Program-made: the position numbers and the translations under genes
Shown: positions 17,788 through 27,260 of the stretch, in pieces
How positions within the stretch are numbered: the first letter of the stretch is position 1
Layout of the letters: the number at the start of each line of letters is the position of its first letter
The notes under the pieces: generated by a model
Seen by the model: the letters and a program-made list of their open reading frames with translations, nothing else
Databases searched by the model: none
Told to the model about the DNA's origin: nothing
Assembly: GCA_003538975.1 (NCBI GenBank)
Contig: DPQQ01000007.1
Location: 17,408-81,407, forward strand
Reading direction: 5' to 3'
Source of the DNA: Clostridiales bacterium
GTDB lineage: Bacteria; Bacillota; Clostridia; Christensenellales; Borkfalkiaceae
Length of the DNA stretch: 64,000 bases

Positions 17788-18798
17788 ATGAAAAAAATTT
17801 TCACTGTAAGAAACATTTCCGGCATGGCGGTATTTGCCGCGCTCGCTTATCTCATAAGCTTTATCGAAATTCCGATTTTCCCGTCGGCGAGCTTTCTGAA
17901 GCTCGACTTCGCCAACGTGTTTATCATGCTCGGCGGGTTTATGTACGGGGTTATACCGGGCATTATAATAAGCGCGATAAAAGAATTTTTGTGCTTTATC
18001 ACAAAGTCTTCGACGGGCGGCGTAGGGGAAATCGCGAACTTTCTGACGACGCTTGCGTTTATCGCTCTGCCCGCAACTCTTTACAGATTCAAAAAGGGAC
18101 TGAAGGTTGTTATTCCGTCGCTTATAGCCGCGTGCTTTTTGCAGACGGGGGCGAGCCTTCTTGCAAACAGATTTATCAACTTTCCGCTGTTCGGAATAGC
18201 GAATTTATTCGGAAGCTTTTTCTGGATAATCATAGCGTTTAATATGATAAAAAGCGTTTCGGTTTCGATAATAACCGTGCTTTTGTATAAGAGGGTTAAC
18301 GTGCTGTTCAAAAAAATTCATTTAAAAACCGACGATTCTTCCGCTCCTGCTTCGGACGAGGCAAAAAAGAATAAAAAATCCCGCTATAATGCGGACGAAT
18401 TTATTTCAAAGTCCGAAAAGGAAACGATAGCTTTTGCCGAAAATCTGGCTAAAACCCTGGAGGGCGGCGATACGGTAAGTTTGTCCGGCGATCTTGGCGC
18501 CGGCAAAACCGCGTTTACCAAAGGTCTCGCAAAGGGACTCGGAATAACGGATCCCGTTACCAGCCCCACTTACGCATATCTTAACGTTTACGGCGATAAG
18601 CTGTATCATTTCGATTTTTATAGGCTTCACAGCGGCGAGCAGGCGGAAGCCCTGGGACTTACCGAATACTTTAACGCGGATAACGTATGCGTAGTCGAAT
18701 GGGGCGAAAACGTTAAAGAAATTCTCCCGGAAAGAATGATAAAAATAAATATCGAAAAGCTCGGTAAAAATAAGCGCAGAATAACCGTGACAAGATAA
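17788..18798 (+). CDS. In-frame fusion: ECF-transporter S component (RibU-like riboflavin transporter, residues 1-175) joined to tRNA t6A biosynthesis protein TsaE (residues 205-336)
   Basis: The N-terminal six-TM S component sits behind the FMN riboswitch. The C-terminus has the TsaE motifs GDLGAGKTAFTKGL, SPTYAY and YHFDFYRL...EWGE. There is no in-frame start codon or RBS in the linker. Confidence 0.8.
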   Translation: MKKIFTVRNISGMAVFAALAYLISFIEIPIFPSASFLKLDFANVFIMLGGFMYGVIPGIIISAIKEFLCFITKSSTGGVGEIANFLTTLAFIALPATLYRFKKGLKVVIPSLIAACFLQTGASLLANRFINFPLFGIANLFGSFFWIIIAFNMIKSVSVSIITVLLYKRVNVLFKKIHLKTDDSSAPASDEAKKNKKSRYNADEFISKSEKETIAFAENLAKTLEGGDTVSLSGDLGAGKTAFTKGLAKGLGITDPVTSPTYAYLNVYGDKLYHFDFYRLHSGEQAEALGLTEYFNADNVCVVEWGENVKEILPERMIKINIEKLGKNKRRITVTR

Positions 18799-18913
18799 CC
18801 GCGGTTTGCTTTTGCGGGTAACGGTTCGTCGAAACCGATCCGTAATTTATAATAAAGGAAAGAATTCTAATTATAAAACGAGCATATAGGCGGCGGATAA
18901 AACGGAGAGATAT

Positions 18914-19519
18914 ATGAATTATATAGCGATAGACACATCCGACAAACATCTTACGATAATAGTAAAAAAAGACGGAAAGTTTTACGAATTTTTTACCGAA
19001 GACAGCGGTAAAAAACACTCCGTTATGCTTATGCCCGAACTCGAAAAGCTTCTTCTCGAAGCGGATATGTCCGTAAAAGACGCCGATTTTTACGCGTGCG
19101 TTACGGGGGCGGGATCGTTCACCGGAATAAGGATAGGCATATCCACAGTAAAAGCGTTTATGCTTTCTTCCGGCAAGCCGTGTCTTGCGGTAACTTCGTT
19201 CGACACGCTCGCATACAATAAACAAGGTAAAGTTCTCGCTGTGATAGACGCAAATCACGACGCATATTACGTCGCGGGATACGATGGCGGCAAAGTAATT
19301 CTTCCGCCGTCGTTTATGCAAAAATCGGAAGTCGAAAAAATAGTCCCGGAGTACGAAATTATTGTTTCATCCACGGTAACGCCTTTCGGCGGAGAGATAG
19401 TATCGAGATCAGGCGGACTTAAAAAGGCAATCGAAAGTAAAGAAACGGAACTTTCTTCCGATCCGGAATCGCTCGTTCCCGTTTACGTCAGAAAGTCGCA
19501 GGCGGAGGAAGGCAGATGA
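18914..19519 (+). CDS. tsaB: tRNA threonylcarbamoyladenosine biosynthesis protein TsaB
   Basis: YIAIDTS...GAGSFTGIRIGIS matches the YeaZ family. It follows tsaE as in the Bacillus ydiBCD locus. Confidence 0.9.
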   Translation: MNYIAIDTSDKHLTIIVKKDGKFYEFFTEDSGKKHSVMLMPELEKLLLEADMSVKDADFYACVTGAGSFTGIRIGISTVKAFMLSSGKPCLAVTSFDTLAYNKQGKVLAVIDANHDAYYVAGYDGGKVILPPSFMQKSEVEKIVPEYEIIVSSTVTPFGGEIVSRSGGLKKAIESKETELSSDPESLVPVYVRKSQAEEGR

Positions 19520-20058
19520 CCGCCGAAGAAAAAATCAATGAAGACTTAACGAGTCTTTCGGGTTATACGATAAGAGATATAGATGCATCGGATATAGAGA
19601 ATATCGCCGCCATGCATAAAGAAAATTTTTCGGACTGCTGGACGGCCGATATGATAAAAGGCTCGTTTTACTCGGACGGGTTTTACGGCGGTCTTATAGA
19701 AACATATGACAATCGGGAACAACAAACCGGAACCTGTATCGTTGAAAACGTTCCGCAATCCGAAGATAATACGAAAAAAATCGCCTGTACGGTTATGTTT
19801 TCTTCGGTACTGTGCGAAGCGGAACTATTATCCGTGGTGACAGAGCGATCTTTCAGAAGAAAAGGTCTCGGAGAACTTTTATTAAAAAGATATTTTGATA
19901 AGCTGAAAGCGGACGGAGAAAAGACGATTTTTTTAGAAGTCAGAGAGAGTAACAAAGCGGCGATTTCGCTTTACGATAAGCTCGGCTTCGTAAAAATATC
20001 CGAAAGAAAAAAATATTACGGTGAAGAGACCGCTGTCATAATGCGGAAGGAGTTATAA
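19516..20058 (+). CDS. rimI: Ribosomal-protein-alanine N-acetyltransferase RimI (GNAT)
   Basis: An ATGA overlap with tsaB is present. The GNAT motif reads RRKGLGELLL...IFLEVRESNKAAISLYDKLGF. Confidence 0.8.
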   Translation: MTAEEKINEDLTSLSGYTIRDIDASDIENIAAMHKENFSDCWTADMIKGSFYSDGFYGGLIETYDNREQQTGTCIVENVPQSEDNTKKIACTVMFSSVLCEAELLSVVTERSFRRKGLGELLLKRYFDKLKADGEKTIFLEVRESNKAAISLYDKLGFVKISERKKYYGEETAVIMRKEL

Positions 20059-20103
20059 ACGGACGTAAAAGTTAATTCCGTTACCGCCGAAAAAGAAAGT
20101 CTT

Positions 20104-20808
20104 TTGTTTTTGCACGGCTACCTTGCCGATAAAAGGACTTTTTATCATCAACTTAAATTTTTCGAAAAGTTTTATCCGTGTTACGCGTTCGATATGTCGG
20201 GATTCGGGACTTCTCCCGAGCCGTCTTATCCTTACGATTTGTCCGATTATCGCGACGAAGTATTTTCGTACATAGATAAAAACGGTCTTAAAAACGTTTC
20301 GGTTATAGCCCACTCTTTCGGCGCGAGAGTCGCCGTAAAGTGCGAACTTTTTAAGCCGACCTTTAATAAACTCGTTCTGACCGGCGCGGCTGGACTCAAA
20401 CCCAAGTTCAATCTGAAAACGTTTGTAAAAAAGACTTATTATAAAACGGTAAAAAATTTTTTGAGCGAAGAGAAAAAACTCAACTTTTTTTCGGAAGATT
20501 ATAAAAATTCTTCGCCGCTCATGCGCAAAAGCCTCATAAAAATAGTGAACGAGACTTTCGATAAATCTCTGACCGTTTTTAAACCGGAAACGCTTTTTAT
20601 CTTCGGCGAAAACGATACCGCAACTCCCGTTTATATGGGTAAAAGGTATCTTAAAAAGACGCCGGAAGGGAAACTCGTTATTATGAAAAACGCCGGGCAT
20701 TTCGCATTCATCGACCGCCCGGACGCATTCAACGAAGAAGTTTTCGCTTTTTTAACGGATAGCGCCGCTTCCCGTTGCGGTTATAAAAACAGAATAAAGA
20801 TAATCTGA
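20104..20808 (+). CDS. Alpha/beta-fold hydrolase
   Basis: The oxyanion motif LFLHG is present, with the nucleophile elbow AHSFGA and a C-terminal GHF motif. It begins at a TTG start. Confidence 0.7.
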   Translation: MFLHGYLADKRTFYHQLKFFEKFYPCYAFDMSGFGTSPEPSYPYDLSDYRDEVFSYIDKNGLKNVSVIAHSFGARVAVKCELFKPTFNKLVLTGAAGLKPKFNLKTFVKKTYYKTVKNFLSEEKKLNFFSEDYKNSSPLMRKSLIKIVNETFDKSLTVFKPETLFIFGENDTATPVYMGKRYLKKTPEGKLVIMKNAGHFAFIDRPDAFNEEVFAFLTDSAASRCGYKNRIKII

Positions 20809-20983
20809 CGGTATTCTACCGGATAAAGAGAAGGGAACTATTGAGCGAAAAGACGGAAAAGAGCCGTTAAATATTCGGGTTATAAAAGCCGATTTTAACT
20901 TAAAAACAAAACACAGATAGCGGAAAATCTTTCGTAATCGTAAATCTTAATCCGACAGGTATTCTTGTCGGAACGGAGGAAAA

Positions 20984-22630
20984 ATGTTCGGACTTACAAA
21001 TACTCTCGTATATATTGCAATAAGCGTTCTGAACGCGATACTTTTGTTCTTCGCGTCGGGGAAGTTTCTTTTAGGCATGCAGCAGTTAGGATATAAAGGC
21101 TACCGCTACATACGCTGGGTTCTTTCGAGAAAAAACACCTATCTTTCGAGATTGTATCTCTTATCGCTGCTCGGATTTTTATTCTTTATGATTTTAGGAA
21201 TAACTTTCGCTCCCGTAGTCGGCGATAAGTTTTATTCGTATACGGGGTTTGTCGCGTATATCTTCTTTATTTCGGTTTATATCGGGACGGAGAAGAACGT
21301 AAACGAAAAACTTCCGCTCAAAAAAACGAGAAGACTTATCCGTCTCGAGGTCGTTTATACCATTCTTCTCGCGCTGCTTTCTTTCGCGCTGGTACTTCTC
21401 ATAAACGCGATAGGTCTTTCGTTTACCGGCAAGACGGAAGAAGTATACGATATATTAAAGTACGCTTTCGTCGCGCTTACGCCGATGTTCGTTCCGTTTA
21501 TACTTTATCTCGCTTATGCGATGACGAAGCCTTTCGAAGACGCAAATAACCGCCGCTACGTCAAAAAGACAAAAGAAGTCTTAAAACAGTCCGATATAAT
21601 AAAAATAGGCATTACGGGCAGTTACGGCAAGACGAGCGTAAAAGAAATTTTGAAAACCATTCTTTCGGTAAAATACAGAGTTCTCGCAACGCCCGAGTCT
21701 TATAACACGCCTCTCGGAATAGCTCTTTCGGTAAAACAGCTCGATTCCACTTATGACGTGTTCATTGCGGAAATGGGCGCGAGGCAAGTCGGCGATATAA
21801 GAGACCTTGCAAGGCTTGTCGATCCCGATATAGCCGTCCTGACCGGAGTGAACGAACAGCATCTCGAGAGCTTCGGCACGGCGGAAGACATAAAAAATAC
21901 AAAGTTCGAACTTTTCGATAACTTAAAGCCGGGAGGAAAGGCTTTCTTTAACGTAGAGGGCGAAGCCGCAAAGGAACTTTCGGAAAGATTTAAGGGCGAA
22001 AAGTATTGCATTTCGGCGGAGAACGGTCCCGTTACCGCAAAAAACGTTACCGTCGGGAGGGACGGACTCACCTTTGACGTATGTATCGAAGGTGAAAAGC
22101 CTTTCAGAGTTTCAACCACGCTTTTAGGCAAACATTCGGTATCTAATATTCTTCTCGCGATAGCCGTCGCATATAATATGGGGCTTACTCCAAAAGAACT
22201 TTTTGTCGGAGTAACGAGACTTTATTCGATAAAGCATCGCTTGCAGGTTCTTCCGAATTTCGGCGGAGTAACCCTTATAGACGACAGTTACAACTCTAAC
22301 TTCGACGGAGCGAAAAGCGCGCTGGAAGCGATAAAAGATTTCGACGGAAGAAAAGTTATAATCACACCGGGACTCGTCGAACTCGGCAGAAATCAGTTCG
22401 AACTTAACTTTAAACTCGGAGAAGAAATAGCGAAGGTCTGCGACGTTCTTATAGTTTCGGCAAAAACCAATGCGGAAGCTCTTATCGAAGGTTTCAGAAG
22501 CGGCGGCGGGGATAACAATAAAATACACTACTTCAAAAACGTCGGACTAGTAAAGGACCATCTAAAAGAGTTTGTCGAAAAGGGCGACGTAGTTCTTTTT
22601 GAAAACGACCTTCCCGATACTTACGAATAA
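20984..22630 (+). CDS. murF: MurF-like UDP-MurNAc-tripeptide--D-Ala-D-Ala ligase whose N-terminal roughly 190 aa form a polytopic membrane domain
   Basis: The Mur ligase P-loop is IGITGSYGKTS. The MurF-type C-domain reads LIDDSYNSN. ddl lies immediately downstream. The N-terminus has about 5 TM helices instead of the usual soluble domain 1. Confidence 0.75.
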   Translation: MFGLTNTLVYIAISVLNAILLFFASGKFLLGMQQLGYKGYRYIRWVLSRKNTYLSRLYLLSLLGFLFFMILGITFAPVVGDKFYSYTGFVAYIFFISVYIGTEKNVNEKLPLKKTRRLIRLEVVYTILLALLSFALVLLINAIGLSFTGKTEEVYDILKYAFVALTPMFVPFILYLAYAMTKPFEDANNRRYVKKTKEVLKQSDIIKIGITGSYGKTSVKEILKTILSVKYRVLATPESYNTPLGIALSVKQLDSTYDVFIAEMGARQVGDIRDLARLVDPDIAVLTGVNEQHLESFGTAEDIKNTKFELFDNLKPGGKAFFNVEGEAAKELSERFKGEKYCISAENGPVTAKNVTVGRDGLTFDVCIEGEKPFRVSTTLLGKHSVSNILLAIAVAYNMGLTPKELFVGVTRLYSIKHRLQVLPNFGGVTLIDDSYNSNFDGAKSALEAIKDFDGRKVIITPGLVELGRNQFELNFKLGEEIAKVCDVLIVSAKTNAEALIEGFRSGGGDNNKIHYFKNVGLVKDHLKEFVEKGDVVLFENDLPDTYE

Positions 22631-22759
22631 GTTTGAGGATATTGTTCCGCATTTAATACGCATTTTATACGAGCGTAAATTCATATAAGCGAAAGATTTT
22701 TCTATCTTAAGACAAATAATAAAGGCACCGAAGACGTAAAAAACGGAGGTGCTTTTTTA

Positions 22760-23881
22760 ATGAAAAATATTTTATTCGTATTCGGCGGAAGATCGTGCGA
22801 GAGCGACGTTTCCGTTTTGACGGGGCTTCTTGCGATGAGCGCGGCGGACGGCGGAAAATATAAAGCGGTCCCGCTTTATATTTCAGCTTCCGGCGAATTC
22901 TTTACCGGCGATAAACTTAAAAGTCTCGAAACGTTTAAAAAAGCGGACGGCGATTTTAGTAAGGTTGCCGTAAAAGCGACTTTTGTTCCGCCCGACAAAG
23001 CCGTTTATACTATCAGAAAGGGCAAACTTATCCGCGGCGAAGTTATTTCCGCAATAGTCGATTGTTGCCACGGCGGCGCAGGCGAAGACGGTTCGCTTTC
23101 CGGGTATTTCGCTTTTTTCGGCGTTCCCGTATGTTCGCCAGGCGTTCTCGCCGGAGCGGTTTCGATGGATAAGGCTGCGACCAAGACGTTTTTAAAAGCC
23201 ATCGGAGTTTTAACGCCGGACTTTATAAAAGTTCCTGCAATAGAAGACAGAGACGAAGCGGTAAAAACCGTAAAGAAAAGGCTCGGCTACCCGGTTATAG
23301 TAAAGCCTTTGACTCTCGGCTCGAGCGTGGGGATAGGAGTAGCATTAAACGAAGCCGAACTTAACGAAAGAATGAATTACGCGTACCGTTTCGACGATAC
23401 CGTTATCGTCGAAGAATACCTTGCGGGAGCTGAAGAGTTTAACTGTGCGGCATATAAAAAGGACGGTAAAGTCGTCGTTTCGGAGTGCGAAAGGCCTGTT
23501 TTTAAGGGCAATATATTATCTTTCAACGACAAATATCTTTGCGGCAAACGGGAATTCCCAGCAAAGATAAAAAAGGAGCTTTCCGACAAAATAAAAGCGG
23601 TTACTTTAAAGGTATACGGCGCTCTCTCTTTTACGGGAATAATCAGAATAGATTATCTTTATCATAGTGGCAAGCTTTATTTAAATGAAATAAATTCCGT
23701 TCCCGGTTCGCTCGCCTTATATCTGTTCTCGGAAGATCCCAAAAACTTCAAAACGGTGATAACCGATATTATAGAAGAAGGCGAAAGGGAATTCAACCGC
23801 AAAAATTCCGCGATAAAGAGCATAAGAACGGGAATATTTTCGTCTTCCGGGAGCAAGGGCTCGAAGGGCGCGAAAAGATAA
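22760..23881 (+). CDS. ddl: D-alanine--D-alanine ligase
   Basis: VFGGRSCESDVS leads into an ATP-grasp domain with EINSVPG, plus a short Ser/Gly/Lys tail. Confidence 0.9.
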   Translation: MKNILFVFGGRSCESDVSVLTGLLAMSAADGGKYKAVPLYISASGEFFTGDKLKSLETFKKADGDFSKVAVKATFVPPDKAVYTIRKGKLIRGEVISAIVDCCHGGAGEDGSLSGYFAFFGVPVCSPGVLAGAVSMDKAATKTFLKAIGVLTPDFIKVPAIEDRDEAVKTVKKRLGYPVIVKPLTLGSSVGIGVALNEAELNERMNYAYRFDDTVIVEEYLAGAEEFNCAAYKKDGKVVVSECERPVFKGNILSFNDKYLCGKREFPAKIKKELSDKIKAVTLKVYGALSFTGIIRIDYLYHSGKLYLNEINSVPGSLALYLFSEDPKNFKTVITDIIEEGEREFNRKNSAIKSIRTGIFSSSGSKGSKGAKR

Positions 23882-24018
23882 AAAGCCGATTTTCGGGCGG
23901 GTTGTTTTCCGTAAAGAAAGAGAATTTTGTCGAAGTATCGGGTAATGGAATAATTCCGGAATAAAAACAAAAAATCGTTCATAAGATTTCGTGTAGATAA
24001 AAAAGCGGAGGAAACATT

Positions 24019-25164
24019 ATGGACGAAGAAACAAAATACGCCGACATGGTCGAGATACCCGTGGATACCTGCACCGTTACGGTCAAAAAGTCCGCTAAGC
24101 GCGGACGGAAAAAGGCTTCTGCCGAAAAGCTCAAACAAAAAGTAATAGACAAGGTGAACGAGTCCGAAACGTCCGAGGTCGAAGCGGAGAGCTTTAATGC
24201 GGCAACCGAAGTTCTTCCGGAACTTAAGGTAAGCGATATAAAAATAACGGAAGAATCTGAAAATAATCCGGATGTCGGCGCGGATTCGGCGATACAGGAC
24301 GAACTTACCGTAGCCGAAACGACGGAATCAGAACAGGAGACGGACGGACTTGCCGAGCTTAAAAAGGCTATCGAAGAAGCCGCCGAACCCGAAAAACCGA
24401 AGGCGAAAAAAGAGAGCTTTATCAAAAGACTTTTCGGTAAAAAAAGGAAGAGCCAAAAATCGGATAAAGATTTATCCGTTGATATAGCTGCCGAAGGGAC
24501 GGCCGAACCCGCCGCAGAATCAGCCGGGAATACCGTATCGGAAGATTCTTTATCTCAGACTATGGAACGGAATAAAGAAGAAACAGGGCAATCGGCAGAA
24601 TACGAACCGACCGTAAATATAACCGAAAAGGAAGTAAAACCCAAAAAATTCAGATGGAGAACGGTTGCCGAAGTTTCGGCAGCGTCGGTTCTTATCGTTT
24701 CGGTAATAACCGCGAGCGTTTTCGGGGGCAAGTTCGGAATAAACAAACTTTTTTCAAAGGTGTTCGGCAAAACTCCGTCGGAACCCGTTCCTTATACCGA
24801 ATATCTTGCGACTCTTCCGTGTATGTCCGGTAGCGTCAGTCTGGAAAACGGCGTTATAAGCATAGTCAAAAAGGGTTCGGTTTATCCGTCGCTAGACGGC
24901 AAAGTTACTTCGGTTACGTCCGAAAACGGTAAATATTCGATTGAAGTCGAATATGCGGAAAATCTGAAATCCGTTTATACCGGGCTCGATCACGCGTATA
25001 ATTCCGTAGGAGACAAGGTTTACCGCAAAGTTCCGCTCGGTTACAGCATAGGCGAAAAATATACGCTGTGTTTTTATTCCGGGGAAGAGCTTATAAAAGA
25101 TTACGAAGTCGATTCCGACAAGATCGTGTGGAAGCCCGCGGACGGCGGAGAAATCAGGAAGTGA
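24019..25164 (+). CDS. SpoIVFA-like protein: acidic cytoplasmic N-terminus, one TM helix, degenerate LytM/M23 C-domain
   Basis: The M23-like beta pattern (GKVTSV..YSIEV.Y...SVY.GLDHAY.SVGDKV.R...LGY) lacks the catalytic His residues. The gene overlaps the downstream M50 protease gene. Confidence 0.5.
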   Translation: MDEETKYADMVEIPVDTCTVTVKKSAKRGRKKASAEKLKQKVIDKVNESETSEVEAESFNAATEVLPELKVSDIKITEESENNPDVGADSAIQDELTVAETTESEQETDGLAELKKAIEEAAEPEKPKAKKESFIKRLFGKKRKSQKSDKDLSVDIAAEGTAEPAAESAGNTVSEDSLSQTMERNKEETGQSAEYEPTVNITEKEVKPKKFRWRTVAEVSAASVLIVSVITASVFGGKFGINKLFSKVFGKTPSEPVPYTEYLATLPCMSGSVSLENGVISIVKKGSVYPSLDGKVTSVTSENGKYSIEVEYAENLKSVYTGLDHAYNSVGDKVYRKVPLGYSIGEKYTLCFYSGEELIKDYEVDSDKIVWKPADGGEIRK

Positions 25165-26117
25165 AGAGCAACGTTTTTGCTGGCGGCGGCAAAAAACAAA
25201 AAAACAAGTTAAAAACCGCCGCAAAAAAATCAAACGGCAAAACAAGCGGAGTGAATATTTCTTTTCACCCGCTTTTTTTCGTGTTCGGTCTTTATTATGC
25301 GGTTACTGGCAAGCTTTTAACGTTTATAATATACGCTGTCTCGGCGATTATGCACGAATTCGGTCATGCCGCCGCGGCTAAGCGAAGGGGATACGTTTTA
25401 AACTCGATAACTCTGAACGCTTACGGCGCGCGAATATCGGGCAATTTTTCGTCGCTTAAAAAGTCCGACGGTCTCGCTATCGCCGCCGCGGGGCCGCTGT
25501 TCAGCCTTTTTATAGCGTTTTTTACGGCGGGGAGCTGGTGGTTTTTCCCCGAAACCTATCCGTTTACCGAAATGATTTACGAAGCGAATTTGTCTTTGGG
25601 CTTGGTAAATCTCATCCCGATAAAGCCGCTCGACGGCGGTAAAATAACCGATATTTTAACCGAAGAACTTTTCGGAAAAAAAGCTAAAAAAATAATCTCG
25701 GTTTCGTTCGGAATCATATCGTTTTCGGCTCTTTTACTGCTGTTTTTTTATCTGGCGGCGAAAAAGAACATCGTCAATGTTTCCATTATATTTTTCGGGG
25801 CGTTTATTCTTACCGGCAGTATAGAAAAGGACGGAGCTTCGGAATACGTTTTACGGCGGGCGGGACTAAGAAGAGAAGACCTTTATCGCGGAGTCGCCGT
25901 TTTAAGGTTTGCGGTTTCGGATAAGACGACGGTAAAGAGGCTTTTCGCACTGTCCGATTTTTCGCTTAAAAACGAATTCGACGTGTATGACGATAAAGGG
26001 TTTATCGGTACGGTTTCGGACGAAGACGTCGAAGCCGCCGCCGAAAGACGTTCGATTTATATAACGGCGGGCGACGTTATCGAAGAAACCCGATTGCCCG
26101 ATACAATGAAAAAATAA
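25161..26117 (+). CDS. Site-2 protease, M50B family (SpoIVFB-like) with a C-terminal CBS-like domain
   Basis: The GTG start overlaps the upstream stop as GTGA, with GGAG 10 nt upstream. HEFGHAAAA is the zinc motif. NLIPIKPLDGG is the second M50 motif. Confidence 0.75.
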   Translation: MKSNVFAGGGKKQKNKLKTAAKKSNGKTSGVNISFHPLFFVFGLYYAVTGKLLTFIIYAVSAIMHEFGHAAAAKRRGYVLNSITLNAYGARISGNFSSLKKSDGLAIAAAGPLFSLFIAFFTAGSWWFFPETYPFTEMIYEANLSLGLVNLIPIKPLDGGKITDILTEELFGKKAKKIISVSFGIISFSALLLLFFYLAAKKNIVNVSIIFFGAFILTGSIEKDGASEYVLRRAGLRREDLYRGVAVLRFAVSDKTTVKRLFALSDFSLKNEFDVYDDKGFIGTVSDEDVEAAAERRSIYITAGDVIEETRLPDTMKK

Positions 26118-26203
26118 CAAAAACGGGTTGAAAACCGACGTAAAAAGGGGTATAATCAAAGTGTAAATAAAAAGGACAAGCTTTATGGCTTAAAGGAGAA
26201 ATA

Positions 26204-26734
26204 ATGTTTTCGGAACTTGTTTTGAAAAGACAGAGTACGAGAGAGTACGTCGGCGCGCCGGTTGATAAAGAAACGGTGCTTAAAATTCTCGATACGGCAA
26301 GACTCGCGCCGTCTGCCTGCGACGCCCAGCCATGGGTGATGCACGCAGTCGTTACGCCCGAAACCGTTTCGAAAATCGCCAAGGCGGTCAACGTTCTCGG
26401 AGCTAACGGCTTCGCTAAAAACGCCGGAGCTTTCGTCGTTATAGAAGAAAAACCGGCGGGTATTCTCGACGGACCGGTAAAGATGACCGCAAGCAAAAAA
26501 TTTTCGCCATACGATACGGGGATACTCACGGCGCATATCGTTCTTGCGGCGGAAGATATCGGGGTTAAGTCCTGCATACTCGGAATGTTCGACAAGGACG
26601 AAATAATAAAAACGCTCGGTCTCGACAAAAACGCGAAGATAGCTCTCGTAGTCGCTCTCGGATATTCCGAAGAAAATTATCCGATAAGAAACAAAAACAG
26701 AAAACCCGCCGAAAAGACGATAAAGGTTTATTGA
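26204..26734 (+). CDS. Nitroreductase family protein
   Basis: RQSTREY...ARLAPSACDAQPW matches the FMN-binding nitroreductase fold. Confidence 0.8.
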   Translation: MFSELVLKRQSTREYVGAPVDKETVLKILDTARLAPSACDAQPWVMHAVVTPETVSKIAKAVNVLGANGFAKNAGAFVVIEEKPAGILDGPVKMTASKKFSPYDTGILTAHIVLAAEDIGVKSCILGMFDKDEIIKTLGLDKNAKIALVVALGYSEENYPIRNKNRKPAEKTIKVY

Positions 26735-26800
26735 AGCGGCAAGGTTCCGTTTTAGGCATTGCGTTTTATAAAAAAGTTAGTTTTAATAGGGGGATAAAAG

Positions 26801-26899
26801 ATGAGTTCGGAAACTTTGGATACTATAATTATAATTTGTGCGGTAATAATAGTGGGATGTCTCGGCTATATCATATACAGATTTTTTAAAAAAGACTGA
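26801..26899 (+). CDS. Possible 32-aa single-TM peptide (MSSETLDTIIIICAVIIVGCLGYIIYRFFKKD)
   Basis: RBS agggggat lies 7 nt upstream. It is below the ORF-track cutoff. Confidence 0.3.
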   Translation: MSSETLDTIIIICAVIIVGCLGYIIYRFFKKD

Positions 26900-27175
26900 T
26901 TTTTTACCGGTATTGCGGCTACTATGGCGTTGTATTTAAATGAATATCAGTATTTTCGATTTAAAATTTAAAATATAATATAAACGTTTCGGCAATGTTT
27001 TGGCGAAAGTTCCGTTAAAATTAAAAAAGTTATAATCGGAATAGTTTATCGTTTTTTTGCCTATAAAACGCGTAAAAAATCTTGTGGTAAAAGAAAAAAC
27101 GAACCGCAATATTTTGAGCTTATATATATAAATAAAAAATATATAATAAAAAAAGTAAAAAAACGGTAAAAAAAC

Positions 27176-27204
27176 TTGACAACGGTGATTGCATTTGATA
27201 AAAT
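27176..27204 (+). promoter_or_regulatory. Sigma-A promoter TTGACA-N17-TAAAAT for the rpmG-secE-nusG transcript
   Basis: Hexamers read directly. Confidence 0.55.
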
Positions 27205-27260
27205 CAATAAGCACTCCGGAAAAAGGGGTGTAATTTTTTGAGAAAATTATAGGTGAAGTT

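Noticed and set aside
20053-20700. 215-aa minus-strand ORF fully antisense to the alpha/beta hydrolase gene
   Set aside because: It lies completely inside a well-supported + strand gene, with no RBS or motif. It is an antisense shadow ORF.
25068-25160. ORF-track start of the M50 protease gene at 25068, 93 nt inside the upstream gene
   Set aside because: It has no start codon with an RBS there. The GTG at 25161 with GGAG 10 nt upstream gives a GTGA-coupled start. The upstream protein's C-terminal domain occupies that stretch.
26077-26628. Minus-strand ORFs at 26077-26628 and 26183-26536 opposite the nitroreductase gene
   Set aside because: They are antisense shadows. The nitroreductase has a clear family signature.
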